Part shown: positions 52,484 to 62,530 of the stretch, piece after piece
How positions within the stretch are numbered: position 1 is the first letter of the stretch
How the letters are laid out: each line of letters opens with the position of its first letter
NCBI GenBank assembly: GCA_038087875.1
Contig: CM075995.1
Coordinates: 8,186,001-8,250,000, forward strand
Length of the DNA stretch: 64,000 nucleotides
Source of the DNA: Malacoraja senta
Taxonomy: Eukaryota
Direction of reading: 5' to 3'
Notes under the pieces: model-generated
Databases searched by the model: none
What the model was told of the DNA's origin: nothing
The model's input: only the letters and a program-made list of their open reading frames with translations
Translations under genes and position numbers: made by a program

Positions 52484-55400
52484 CCAACCTTCTGGTGCCT
52501 CTGGCTGCTACAAATGCGAGAAGTGCATCCAGGTAGAGCTCCTGAAGGGCCGTGTTGGGGAACTGGAGAAGCAAGTGGATGACCTCCGGTTCGTCCGAGA
52601 AACGGAGTCGTTCCTCGACAAGTCCTACAGTACGATTGTTACACCTAAGGTACTGGAAGAGAGAAGGTGGGAGACGGTGAGAAAGGGAGGGAAGCATGGA
52701 ATGCCAACGTCCCCGGGTGTTGTACCTCTTGTGAACAGGTTCACCCACTTAGAAGCTGTTGGGACAGAAGACGTGTTTACACTGAGCGGCGGACTGGCTT
52801 GCGATGCGAATAGGGCTGTTGAGCCAAAACCAAAAAGGCCTAAGGCAGGCAACGCCATTGTAGTGGGAGACTCCATTGTGAGAGGTACGGACAGGGGTTT
52901 CTGTGGCAACAGACGGGATGCGAGGATGGTGTGCTGCCTTCCTGGTGCCAGGATCCAGGATGTCACGGACAGAGTGCAGAAAATCCTCAAGGGCGAAGGT
53001 GAACATCCGGAAGTGGTAGTGCATGTCGGCACAAACGATGTCGGAAAGAAGGGGATGAATATTCTGCAGCGTGACTTTAGAGAGCTCGGAAAAATGCTGA
53101 AAAGCAGGACCTCCAGGGTTGTTATCTCCGGTTTGCTTCCAGTTCCTCGTGCTGGCGAGAGCAGGAACAGGGAGATACGGGACCTGAACGTGTGGCTCAG
53201 GAACTGGTGCACGGGGCAGGGATTTAGATTTTTAGATCACTGGGATCTGTTTTGGGGTAAGGGGGAACTGTACAAAAGGGACGGATTGCATCTTAACAGG
53301 TGTGGGACCAGCATTCTGGCAGGCAGGTTTGCCACTGCTACACGGATGGTTTTAAACTGAATAAGGGGGGTGGGGTTTCGAATGGGATAGTGGAGGATGG
53401 AGTTAAAGGGAAAGGGTTTCTTAAATGTGTGAGCGTAGAGACAGAGGAGTGTAAAATGAGGGTAGAAGCAATAGGTAGCAAGGTGAAAAGTAAAAGTGGA
53501 AGACAGACAAAACCAGGGCAAAAATCAAAAAGGGCCACTTTTCAACATAATTGTATAAGGGGTAAGAATGTTGTAAAAACAAGCCTGAAGGCTTTGTGTC
53601 TCAATGCAAGGAGCATTCGTAATAAGGTGGATGAGTTGAATGTGCAGATAGCTATTAATGACTATGATATAGTTGGGATCACGGAGACATGGCTCCAGGG
53701 TGACCAAGGCTGGGAGCTGAACATCCAGGGATATTCAATATTCAGGAGGGATAGAGAGAAAGGAAAAGGAGGTGGGGTAGCGTTGCTGGTTAGAGAGGAG
53801 ATTAACGCAGTGGAAAGGAAAGACATTAGCTTGGAGGATGTGGAATCGGTATGGGTAGAGCTGCGAAACACTAAGGGGCAGAAAACGCTGGTGGGTGTTG
53901 TGTACAGGCCACCTAGCAGTAGTAGTGAAGTTGGGGATGGCATCAAACAGGAAATTAGAAATGCGTGCGACAAAGGCAAAACAGTTATAATGGGTGACTT
54001 CAATCTACATATAGATTGGGTGAATCAAATTGGCAGGGGTGCTGAGGAAGAGGATTTCTTGGAATGTATGCGGGATAGTTATCTAAATCAACATGTAGAG
54101 GAACCAACGAGAGAGCAGGCTATTTTAGACTGGGTATTGAGTAATGAGGAAGGGTTAGTTAGCAGTCTTGTTGTACGTGCCCCCTTGGGCAAGAGTGACC
54201 ATAATATGGTTGAGTTCTTCATTAGGATGGAGAGTGACATTGTTAATTCAGAAACAATGGTTCTGAACTTAAAGAAAGGTAACTTTGAGGGTATGAGACA
54301 TGAATTGGCCATGATTGACTGGCAATTAATTCTAAAAGGGTTGACGGTGGACATGCAATGGAAGACATTTAAAGACTGCATGGATGAACTACAAAAATTG
54401 TTCATCCCAGTTTGGCAAAAGAATAAATCAGGGAAGGTAGTGCATCCATGGATAACAAGGGAAATCAGGGATGGTATCAAAGCGAAAGATGATGCGTACA
54501 AATTAGCCAGAAAAAGCAGCATACCAGAGGACTGGGAGAAATTCAGAGACCAGCAGAGGAGGACAAAGGGCTTAATTAGGAAAGGAAAAATAGATTATGA
54601 AAGAAAACTGGCAGGGAACATAAAAACTGACTGCAAAAGTTTTTATAAATATGTAAAAAGAAAGAGATTAGTTAAAACAAATGTAGGTCCCTTGCAGTCA
54701 GAAACAGGTGAGTTGATCATGGGGAACAAGGATATGGCGGACCAATTGAATAACTACTTTGGTTCCGTCTTCACTAAGGAAGACATAAATAATCTGCCGG
54801 AAATAGCAGGGGACCGCGGGTCAAAGGAGTTGGAGGAATTGAGTGAAATCCAGGTTAGTCGGGAAGTGGTGTTGGGTAAATTGAATGGATTAAAGGCCGA
54901 TAAATCCCCAGGGCCAGATAGGCTGCATCCCAGAGTACTTAAGGAAGTAGCTCCAGAAATAGTGGATGCATTAGTAATAATCTTTCAAAATTCTTTAGAT
55001 TCTGGAGTAGTTCCTGAGGATTGGCGGGTAGCAAACGTAACCCCACTTTTTAAGAAGGGAGGGAGAGAGAAAACGGGGAATTACAGACCAGTTAGTCTAA
55101 CATCGGTAGTGGGGAAACTGCTAGAGTCGGTTATTAAAGATGGGATAGCAGCACATTTGGAAAGTGGTGAAATCATTGGACAAAGTCAGCATGGATTTAC
55201 GAAAGGTAAATCATGTCTGACGAATCTTATAGAATTTTTCGAGGATGTAACTAGTAGCGTGGATAGGGGAGAACCAGTGGATGTGGTGTATCTGGACTTC
55301 CAGAAGGCTTTCGACAAGGTCCCACATAAGAGATTAGTATACAAACTTAAAGCACATGGCATTGGGGGTTCAGTATTGATGTGGATAGAGAACTGGCTGG

Positions 55401-56496
55401 CAAACAGGAAGCAAAGAGTAGGAGTAAACGGGTCCTTTTCACAATGGCAGGCAGTGACTAGTGGGGTACCGCAAGGCTCAGTGCTGGGACCCCAGCTATT
55501 TACAATATATATTAATGACCTGGATGAGGGAATTGAAGGCAATATCTCCAAGTTTGCGGATGACACTAAGCTGGGGGGCAGTGTTAGCTGTGAGGAGGAT
55601 GCTAGGAGACTGCAAGGTGACTTGGATAGGCTGGGTGAGTGGGCAAATGTTTGGCAGATGCAGTATAATGTGGATAAATGTGAGGTTATCCATTTTGGTG
55701 GCAAAAACAGGAAAGCAGACTATTTTCTAAATGGTGGCCGACTAGGAAAAGGGGAGATGCAGCGAGACCTGGGTGTCATGGTACACCAGTCATTGAAAGT
55801 AGGCATGCAGGTGCAGCAGGCAGTGAAGAAAGCAAATGGTATGTTAGCTTTCATAGCAAAAGGATTTGAGTATAGGAGCAGGGAGGTTCTACTGCAGTTG
55901 TACAGGGTCTTGGTGAGACCACACCTGGAGTATTGCGTACAGTTTTGGTCTCCAAATCTGAGGAAGGACATTATTGCCATAGAGGGAGTGCAGAGAAGGT
56001 TCACCAGACTGATTCCTGGGATGTCAGGACTGTCTTATGAAGAAAGACTGGATAGACTTGGTTTATACTCACTAGAATTTAGGAGATTGAGAGGGGATCT
56101 TATAGAAACTTACAAAATTCTTAAGGGGTTGGACAGGCTAGATGCAGGAAGATTGCTCCCGATGTTGGGGAAGTCCAGGACAAGGGGTCACAGCTTAAGG
56201 ATAAGGGGGAAATCCTTTAAAACCGAGATGAGAAGAACTTTTTTCACACAGAGAGTGGTGAATCTCTGGAACTCTCTGCCACAGAGGGTAGTCGAGGCCA
56301 GTTCATTGGCTATATTTAAGAGGGAGCTAGATGTGGCCCTTGTGGCTAAAGGGATCAGAGGGTATGGAGAGAAGGCAGGTACGGGATACTGAGTTGGATG
56401 ATCAGCCATGATCATATTGAATGGCGGTGCAGGCTCGAAGGGCCGAATGGCCTACTCCTGCACCTAATTTCTATGTTTCTATGTTTCTATGTTTCT
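52484..56496 (+). mobile_element. Young CR1 LINE, 5'-truncated in ORF1, ORF2 uninterrupted
   Basis: ORF1 remnant open to 53360 (CEKC, GDSIVRG, HVGTND, DGLHLN), ORF2 open to 56392, (ttctatgt)n tail ~56468-56496, possible aacc TSD. Confidence 0.96.
53300..56392 (+). CDS. CR1 ORF2: APE endonuclease + reverse transcriptase
   Basis: 1030-codon frame with NARS, ETW, YRPP, GDFN, SDH, KSPGPD, NYRPVSLTS, LDFQKAFDKVPH, PQGSVLGP, FADD. True start codon uncertain. Confidence 0.93.
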   Translation: MWDQHSGRQVCHCYTDGFKLNKGGGVSNGIVEDGVKGKGFLKCVSVETEECKMRVEAIGSKVKSKSGRQTKPGQKSKRATFQHNCIRGKNVVKTSLKALCLNARSIRNKVDELNVQIAINDYDIVGITETWLQGDQGWELNIQGYSIFRRDREKGKGGGVALLVREEINAVERKDISLEDVESVWVELRNTKGQKTLVGVVYRPPSSSSEVGDGIKQEIRNACDKGKTVIMGDFNLHIDWVNQIGRGAEEEDFLECMRDSYLNQHVEEPTREQAILDWVLSNEEGLVSSLVVRAPLGKSDHNMVEFFIRMESDIVNSETMVLNLKKGNFEGMRHELAMIDWQLILKGLTVDMQWKTFKDCMDELQKLFIPVWQKNKSGKVVHPWITREIRDGIKAKDDAYKLARKSSIPEDWEKFRDQQRRTKGLIRKGKIDYERKLAGNIKTDCKSFYKYVKRKRLVKTNVGPLQSETGELIMGNKDMADQLNNYFGSVFTKEDINNLPEIAGDRGSKELEELSEIQVSREVVLGKLNGLKADKSPGPDRLHPRVLKEVAPEIVDALVIIFQNSLDSGVVPEDWRVANVTPLFKKGGREKTGNYRPVSLTSVVGKLLESVIKDGIAAHLESGEIIGQSQHGFTKGKSCLTNLIEFFEDVTSSVDRGEPVDVVYLDFQKAFDKVPHKRLVYKLKAHGIGGSVLMWIENWLANRKQRVGVNGSFSQWQAVTSGVPQGSVLGPQLFTIYINDLDEGIEGNISKFADDTKLGGSVSCEEDARRLQGDLDRLGEWANVWQMQYNVDKCEVIHFGGKNRKADYFLNGGRLGKGEMQRDLGVMVHQSLKVGMQVQQAVKKANGMLAFIAKGFEYRSREVLLQLYRVLVRPHLEYCVQFWSPNLRKDIIAIEGVQRRFTRLIPGMSGLSYEERLDRLGLYSLEFRRLRGDLIETYKILKGLDRLDAGRLLPMLGKSRTRGHSLRIRGKSFKTEMRRTFFTQRVVNLWNSLPQRVVEASSLAIFKRELDVALVAKGIRGYGEKAGTGY

Positions 56497-57116
56497 AACC
56501 GTTCTAAGCGGAGGTATGATACAGGTAAAATAGACACAAAGTGCTGGGGTAATTCAGCCGAATCTGGCAATGAATTCCACAGATTCACCAGCCTCGAACT
56601 AAAGAAATTCCTCCTCATCTCCTTTCCATAGGTCCGTCCTGTAGTGTAACATCTGAACGACTGAACTGCATCCTGAACTACTATCGATCTTATCGGTGAT
56701 CCTCGGACTATCCTTGATCGGACTTTACCTTGCACTAAATGTTGTTCCCTTATCGTACACAGTAAATGGCTCAATTGTAATCACATGGACACAAAATGCT
56801 GGAGTAACTCAGCTGGACAGGCAGCATCTCTGGAGAGAAGGAATGGGTGACGTTTCGGGTCGAGATCCTTCTTCAGACTGATCATGTAGTGTCTTTCTGC
56901 TGATGATAGCACGCAACAAAAAAGTTTTTCGCTGTACCTCGGTACACGTGACAATAAACTAAACTAAACTGCATCTGTGGTGTAAGGCAATGATGTGGAT
57001 CAAATGTAGGGGGTCAAGATTAACAACAGCCTAAATATTGCAAGTCTTGTGTGTTCTCTGTGGACCAAGTGGTTTCCTTCTGCACGATATATTTCTATAA
57101 TATCAAAGCTGATGAT

Positions 57117-57122
57117 TTTATT
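57117..57122 (-). terminator. Candidate polyadenylation signal AATAAA
   Basis: About 45 nt after the TGA on the minus strand. Confidence 0.4.
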
Positions 57123-57164
57123 TTGTATAAGCTTTTGACGATGATGATTATTAACCTGTATCCA

Positions 57165-57321
57165 TCAGGACAACAGTACTTCATTGGGAATTGGACGCCC
57201 GTGAATGGCAGCCAAAGCATTTTCAATCATTCTATCCACCATTTTAAGAGTGGTCTGGTCGGTGGCATTACCAAAATGAGGAGTCAGAGTGACATTTGGC
57301 AGGTGCAGCAAAGGATGATCC
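57165..57321 (-). CDS. Terminal coding exon of a D-isomer-specific 2-hydroxyacid dehydrogenase (GRHPR-like / 2-ketogluconate reductase-like)
   Basis: Polypyrimidine tract and AG (tttctcttgtttttccttcaataatag|), then (R)DHPLLHLPNVTLTPHFGNATDQTTLKMVDRMIENALAAIHGRPIPNEVLLS*. Contains the catalytic TPH motif; phase matches the upstream exon. Confidence 0.9.
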
Positions 57322-58404
57322 CTATTATTGAAGGAAAAACAAGAGAAAGTTACGTTAGAGGTATTAGTGGCAGCACGGTGGCGCAGCGGTAGAGTTGCTT
57401 CCTTACAGCGCCGGAGACCCGGGTTCGATCCTGACTGTGGGTGCTTGTCTGTACGGAGCTTGTACGTTCTCCCCGTGACTTGAATGGGTCCCGCCCCCCC
57501 CCCCCCCCCCCGTCGAGAACTTCGGTTCCCTCCCACGCTCCAAAGACGTACAGGTTTGTAGGTTAATTTGTTTGGTGTAAAATTAAAATTTGTCCCCAGT
57601 GTGTGCAGGGTAGTGTTAATGTGCGGGGACCGCTGGTTGGTGCGGACTCGGTGGGCCGAAGGGCCTGTATCTGCACTGTATCTCTAAACTAAACTGAAGG
57701 TTAGAACAGTGGAGGACAGGAACAGGCCCTTCAGCCCACAATGTCTGTGCTGAACATGATGCCAAGACCAACTCTTATCTGCCCGTACATGATCCATATA
57801 CCCCCCCCCATTCGCTGCATACCCATGTGCTTATCCGAAAGCATCTTAAAATGCTACTTGTATCTTCTTCCATCGCCACCCCTTCCACCACACACTGTAA
57901 AAACATGCCCCGCACTTCCCCTTCACTTTTCCCCTCTCACCTTAAAGCTATGGCCTCTAGTGTTTGGTCATTCCATCCAGGGAAAAAGGTTCCAAATGTC
58001 CACACTATCAATTTGATATGCTTCTATCATGTCCCCCCTCAACTTCACAAGTTATAGGAGTAGAATTAGGCCATTCGGCCCATCGAGTCTACTCCACCAT
58101 TCAACCACGGCTGATCTCTGCCTCCTAATCCCATTTTCCTGCCTTCTGCCCACAACCATACTAATCAAGAATGTATCTATCCCTGCCTTAAATATCTATT
58201 TATTGGCCTCCACAGCCGTCTGTGGCAAAGAATTTCACAGATTCAACACCCTCTGGCTAAATAAATTGCTCCTCATCTCCTTCCTAAAGGAACATTCGTT
58301 AATTCTGAGGCTATGGCATCTGGTCCTAGACTCTCCCACTGGTGGAAACATCCTCCCCACATCCATTCTATCCAGGCCTTTCACTATTGACTGTAGTTAG
58401 GTTA

Positions 58405-58900
58405 TTGACTGTCGGGCCGCACGGCAGTCCTGATCTCCCGGTTGCTAAACACTTTAATTCTCCTTCCCATTCCCACACTGACCTTTCTGTCCTAGGTCTC
58501 CTCCATTGTCGGAGTGAGGCTAAATGAAAATTGGAGAAACAGCATCTCATATTTCACTTGGGTATGTTTCAGCCCAGAGATATGAATATTGATTTCTCTA
58601 ACTTTAAGTAACCTCGGCATTCCCTCCCTCTCCATCCCTCCCCCACTCAAGTCGCACCAGCTTCTTGTTTTCACCTAGCAAGCAGCTAACAATGGCCTGT
58701 TTCCTTTATCATCGTTACATTTTTTGCATGTCTTTCATTCATTGTTCTTCATCTCTCCACATCATCGTCTATATCTCTCATTTCCCTTTCCCCTGACTCT
58801 CAGTCTGAAGAAGGGTCCTGACCCGAAACGTCCCCCATCCCTTCTCTCTCCAGAGATGCTGCCTGTCCCGCTGAGTTACTCCAGCTTTTCGTGTCTATCG
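58405..58900 (+). mobile_element. Penelope-like element 3' end (GIY-YIG endonuclease C-terminus + terminal repeat)
   Basis: PDLPVAKHFNSPSHSHTDLSVLGLLHC..KQHLIF..MNID, then the ctgaagaagggtc..cgaaacgtc repeat. Confidence 0.8.
58801..58836 (+). ncRNA. Minimal hammerhead-ribozyme-like motif in the Penelope repeat
   Basis: CUGAAGA, stem II gggtc/gaccc, GAAA, palindromic ACGU, UC; stem I is weak. Confidence 0.5.
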
Positions 58901-59656
58901 ACAGGCCTGACTCGCCCGCCGTGGAACCGGGAACCCGCCGGTCGAGGGAGCTGCCGAGCCCATCCCAGAGAACCGGAGAGGAGGCTGGAGGTAGTCGGCA
59001 ACGATGGCCACAGGAGCAAAGGACCGGTGAGAAGAACTGGGGGGAGGGTCGAAGGTGGCCGGGCGATGAGAGGGACGACAGTTCGCGGGACGATCCAGTC
59101 AGAGGCGACGGCTGCAACAGGCCTTTAAGGCCAAATGCAGCTGGTTCATGTAAAATGGCGTCAATACCTCTCGTATATGGTCTCAGTGGGCTATTTTAGT
59201 TTTGTTTGGTTTAGAGATACAGCGCAGAAACAGGCCCTTCGGCCCACTGAGTCCGCGCCGACAGGCTATCCCTGCACATTAACGCTATCCTACACACACT
59301 AGGGACAATTTACAATTATACCAAGCCAATTAATCTACAAACCTGTACATCGTTGATGTGTTGGAGGAAACCGAAGATCTCGGAGAAAACCCACGCAGGG
59401 GAGTACGTACAAACTCCGTACAGACAGCACTCGTAGTCAGGATCGAACCAGTGTCTCTGGTGCTGTAAGGCAGCAACTCTACCGCTGCGCCACCATATAA
59501 AGTATACACTTTGTATTTAATGTGGGATTGTTCTTATGCATGGTAGTAATTTACTGAACTGTATGTAAATAAAAATTTCACTGTACCTCGGTAGATGTGA
59601 TAAGAGAGAACTATTGAACTACCAAAGGTGGAGTAATGATAGAAAACAAATACTAC

Positions 59657-59753
59657 CTGGGAAGTGGTTCTGGATCAGTCACGTCTAAAGCTGCTGCACG
59701 AATTCTCCTCTTCTGCAGTACTTGTACCAGAGCATCCTGATCAATCGCCGCAC
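59657..59753 (-). CDS. Penultimate exon (97 nt) of the same 2-hydroxyacid dehydrogenase
   Basis: aag|GT GCG GCG ATT..CCC AG|gtagta encodes (G)[31 protein letters not shown](R) with the LDV..EP motif; splices in frame to 57321. Confidence 0.9.
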
Positions 59754-60485
59754 CTTGCAACATCAACAGAACAGTTTCTATTAGCTCTCACGTGTAGGAA
59801 GGAACTGCAGTTGCTGGTTTGAACTCCGTGATGTTAAAGACCCATAGGCACCCGCGGTGGAACTGTCAAAAGTCGGTCTCCAGCAAAGGCCGCCAACTCC
59901 TCGATGTTAGGCTGCTGTGCGGACAGAGTTATTTCTCCCTTCACCTTGAACCTATGTTCTCTGGTACTTGATTCCCCCACTCTGGGCAAGACTCTGTGCA
60001 TCTACCCGATCTATTCCTCACATGAACTCCCCTCATCCTCCTGTGCTCCATGGAGTAGAGACCCAGCCTACTCAACCTCTCCCTATAGCTCACACCCTGT
60101 AGTCCTGACAACATCCTTGTAAATCTATATTAATAAAAGTAAGATCTTGACCGCTTTTGACACTGCGATGTGATTTCCGAGAGAACGCCGCCACTTATGG
60201 CCGTCATTTTTGGCCACCTCACTCAGAGCCCCACTCCGCCAGACTGGACCAGAGGATTTCTCCCGTCGATGAAAAATCAGAGAGATATTAATGATTTTTT
60301 TTAAATCGCCATTCTCTCAGCTGCCACTGCTGGTGGGAGGGACTATAAAACCCAGAAGCGTTGTGCCTCACTTAGTCTCTGCAAGATGGAGGAAGCGAGA
60401 GGGTCACGTCTCTCTGAATAACACTGAACACATGTCTACTCAACTGTGAGTGCCCTTAATGTGGTTTGAAAATGAAAATATGCTT

Positions 60486-61707
60486 GGTTTGAAGTAAAAA
60501 GGCACTGCAAATGGTTGTTTGGGGGTTTTGGGTTGAAGTAAAAAGGCACTGCAAAGGGTTGTTTGGGGGTTTTGGGTTGAAGTAAAAAGGCACTGCAAAG
60601 GGTTGTTTGGGGGTTTTGGGTTGAAGTAAAAAGGCACTGCGAACGGTTGTTTGGGGGGTTTGGGTTGAAGTAAAAAGGCACTGCAAAGGGTTGTTTGGGG
60701 GCTTTGGGTTGAAGTAAAAAGGCACCAAAGGGTTGTTTGGGGGTTTGGTTTTAAGTAAAAAGGCACGGCAAAGGGTTGTTTGGGGGTTTTGGGTTGAATT
60801 AAAAAGGCACTGCAAAGGGTTGTTTGGGGGTTTGGGGTTGAAGTAAAAAGGCACTGCAAAGGGCTGTTTGGGGGTTTTAGGTTGAAGTAAAAAGGCACTG
60901 CAAATGGTTGTTTGGGGGGTTTGGGTTGAAATAAAAAGGCACTGCAAAGGGATGTTTGGGCGGTTTGGGTTGAGGTAAAAAGGCACTGCAAAGGGTTGTT
61001 TGGGGGGGGTTGGGTTAAAGTAAAAAGGCACTACAAATGGTTGTTTGGGGGTTTTGGGTTGAAGTAAAAAGGCACTGCAAATGGTTGTTTGGGGGTTTTG
61101 GGTTGAAGTAAAAAGGCACTGCAAATGGTTGTTTGGGGGATTTGGGTTGAAGTAAAAAGGCACTGCAAATGGTTGTTTGACAGTTTTGGGTTGAAGTAAA
61201 AGGGCACTGCAAATGGTTGTTTAGGGGTTTTGGGTTGAAGTAAAAAGGCACTGCAAATGGTTGTTTGGGGATTTTGCGTTGAAGTAAAAAGGCACTGCAA
61301 AGGGATGTTTGGGGGATTTGGGTTGCAGTAAAAAGGCACTGCAAATGGTTGTTTGGGGGGTTTTGGGTTGAAGTAAAAAGGCACTGCAAATGGTTGTTTG
61401 TGGATTTTGCGTTGAAGTAAAAAGGCACTGCAAATCGTTATTTGGGGGTTTTGGGTTGAAGTAAAAAGGCACTGCAAAGGGTTGTTTGGGGGCTTTGGGT
61501 TGAAGTAAAAAGCCACTGCAAAGGGTTGTTTGGGGGGTTTAGGTTGAAGTAAAAAGCCACTGCAAAGGGTTGTTTGAGGGTTTTGGGTTGAAGTAAAAAG
61601 GCACTGCAAAGGGTTGTTTGGGGGTTTTGGGTTGAAGTAAAAAGGCACTGCAAAGGGTTGTTTGGGGGTTTTGGGTTGAAGTAAAATGTACTGCAAATGG
61701 TTGTTTG
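60486..61707. repeat. 44-bp minisatellite, about 28 copies
   Basis: Unit ggttgaagtaaaaaggcactgcaaagggttgtttgggggttttg; gaagta at 60491, 60535, 60579. Confidence 0.95.
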
Positions 61708-62085
61708 TCTAAACTTGACAACTTCCTGTTTGCACTATATTGATTTTAGATACCACTTACGGCTGTGATTTTTGGCCATCTTACTCAGTCCCCCTCCCCA
61801 CATCAGGTACAGAGGATTCTTCCCATCAGTGAAAAATAAAAGTGTTATTAGTGTTTAAAAAATGTTGAGAATCTCTCTCCTGTCAATCACGCCATGAAGG
61901 CCACACCTTTTCCGGTGGGAGGGGGAGGGATTATAAAACCTGGAAGTGTGGGTGTGGCTCAGTCTCTGCATGATGGGGGAGGGAGAGGTCACAACTCTGT
62001 CTGAACTGTAAATCAACTGAACACACTGAATGTCTACTGAACTGTGAGTGTGGTGTTTTGTGTGGTTTTATCGTGGTTTCACTCG

Positions 62086-62530
62086 GCTTGAAATGGTATG
62101 AAACTGCATTTGAATTTGGTGGCCTTGCATCCTCCTTGAAATGGTATGAAACTGCACTTGAATTTGGTTGCCTTGCACCCTGCTTGAAGTGGTATGAAAC
62201 TGCATTTGAATTTGGTGGCCTTGCACCCTGCATGAAATGGTATGAAACTGCATTTGAATTTGGTGGCCTTGCACCCCCCTTGAAATGGTATGAAACTGCA
62301 CTTGAATTTGGTGGCCTTGCACCCTGCTTGAAGTGGTATGAAACTGCACTTGAATTTGGTGGCCTTGCACCCTGCTTGAAGTGGTTGGAAACTGCACTTG
62401 AATTCGGTGGCCTTGCACCCTGCTTGAAGTGGTAGGAAACTGAACCTGAATTTGGTGGCCTTGCACCCTGCTTGAAATGGTAGGAAAATAGATTTGAATT
62501 TGATGGCCTTGCACTCTGCTTGAAATGGAA
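62086..62530. repeat. 48-bp minisatellite, about 9 copies
   Basis: Unit cttgaaatggtatgaaactgcatttgaatttggtggccttgcaccctg. Confidence 0.95.

Noticed and set aside
57367..57445. tRNA-like sequence (also other SINE heads)
   Set aside because: Continues directly into the V-SINE body and LINE-derived tail, so it is a SINE head, not a tRNA gene.
57322..57536. N-terminal part of ORF 57165..57536
   Set aside because: Intron and antisense SINE sequence upstream of the splice acceptor; only 57165-57321 is coding.
60486..62530. Regular arrays as CRISPR, or long repetitive ORFs (e.g. 61931..62812) as proteins
   Set aside because: Head-to-tail units with no unique spacers and no cas genes in eukaryotic context; the ORFs arise from stop-free minisatellite units inside a Helitron.
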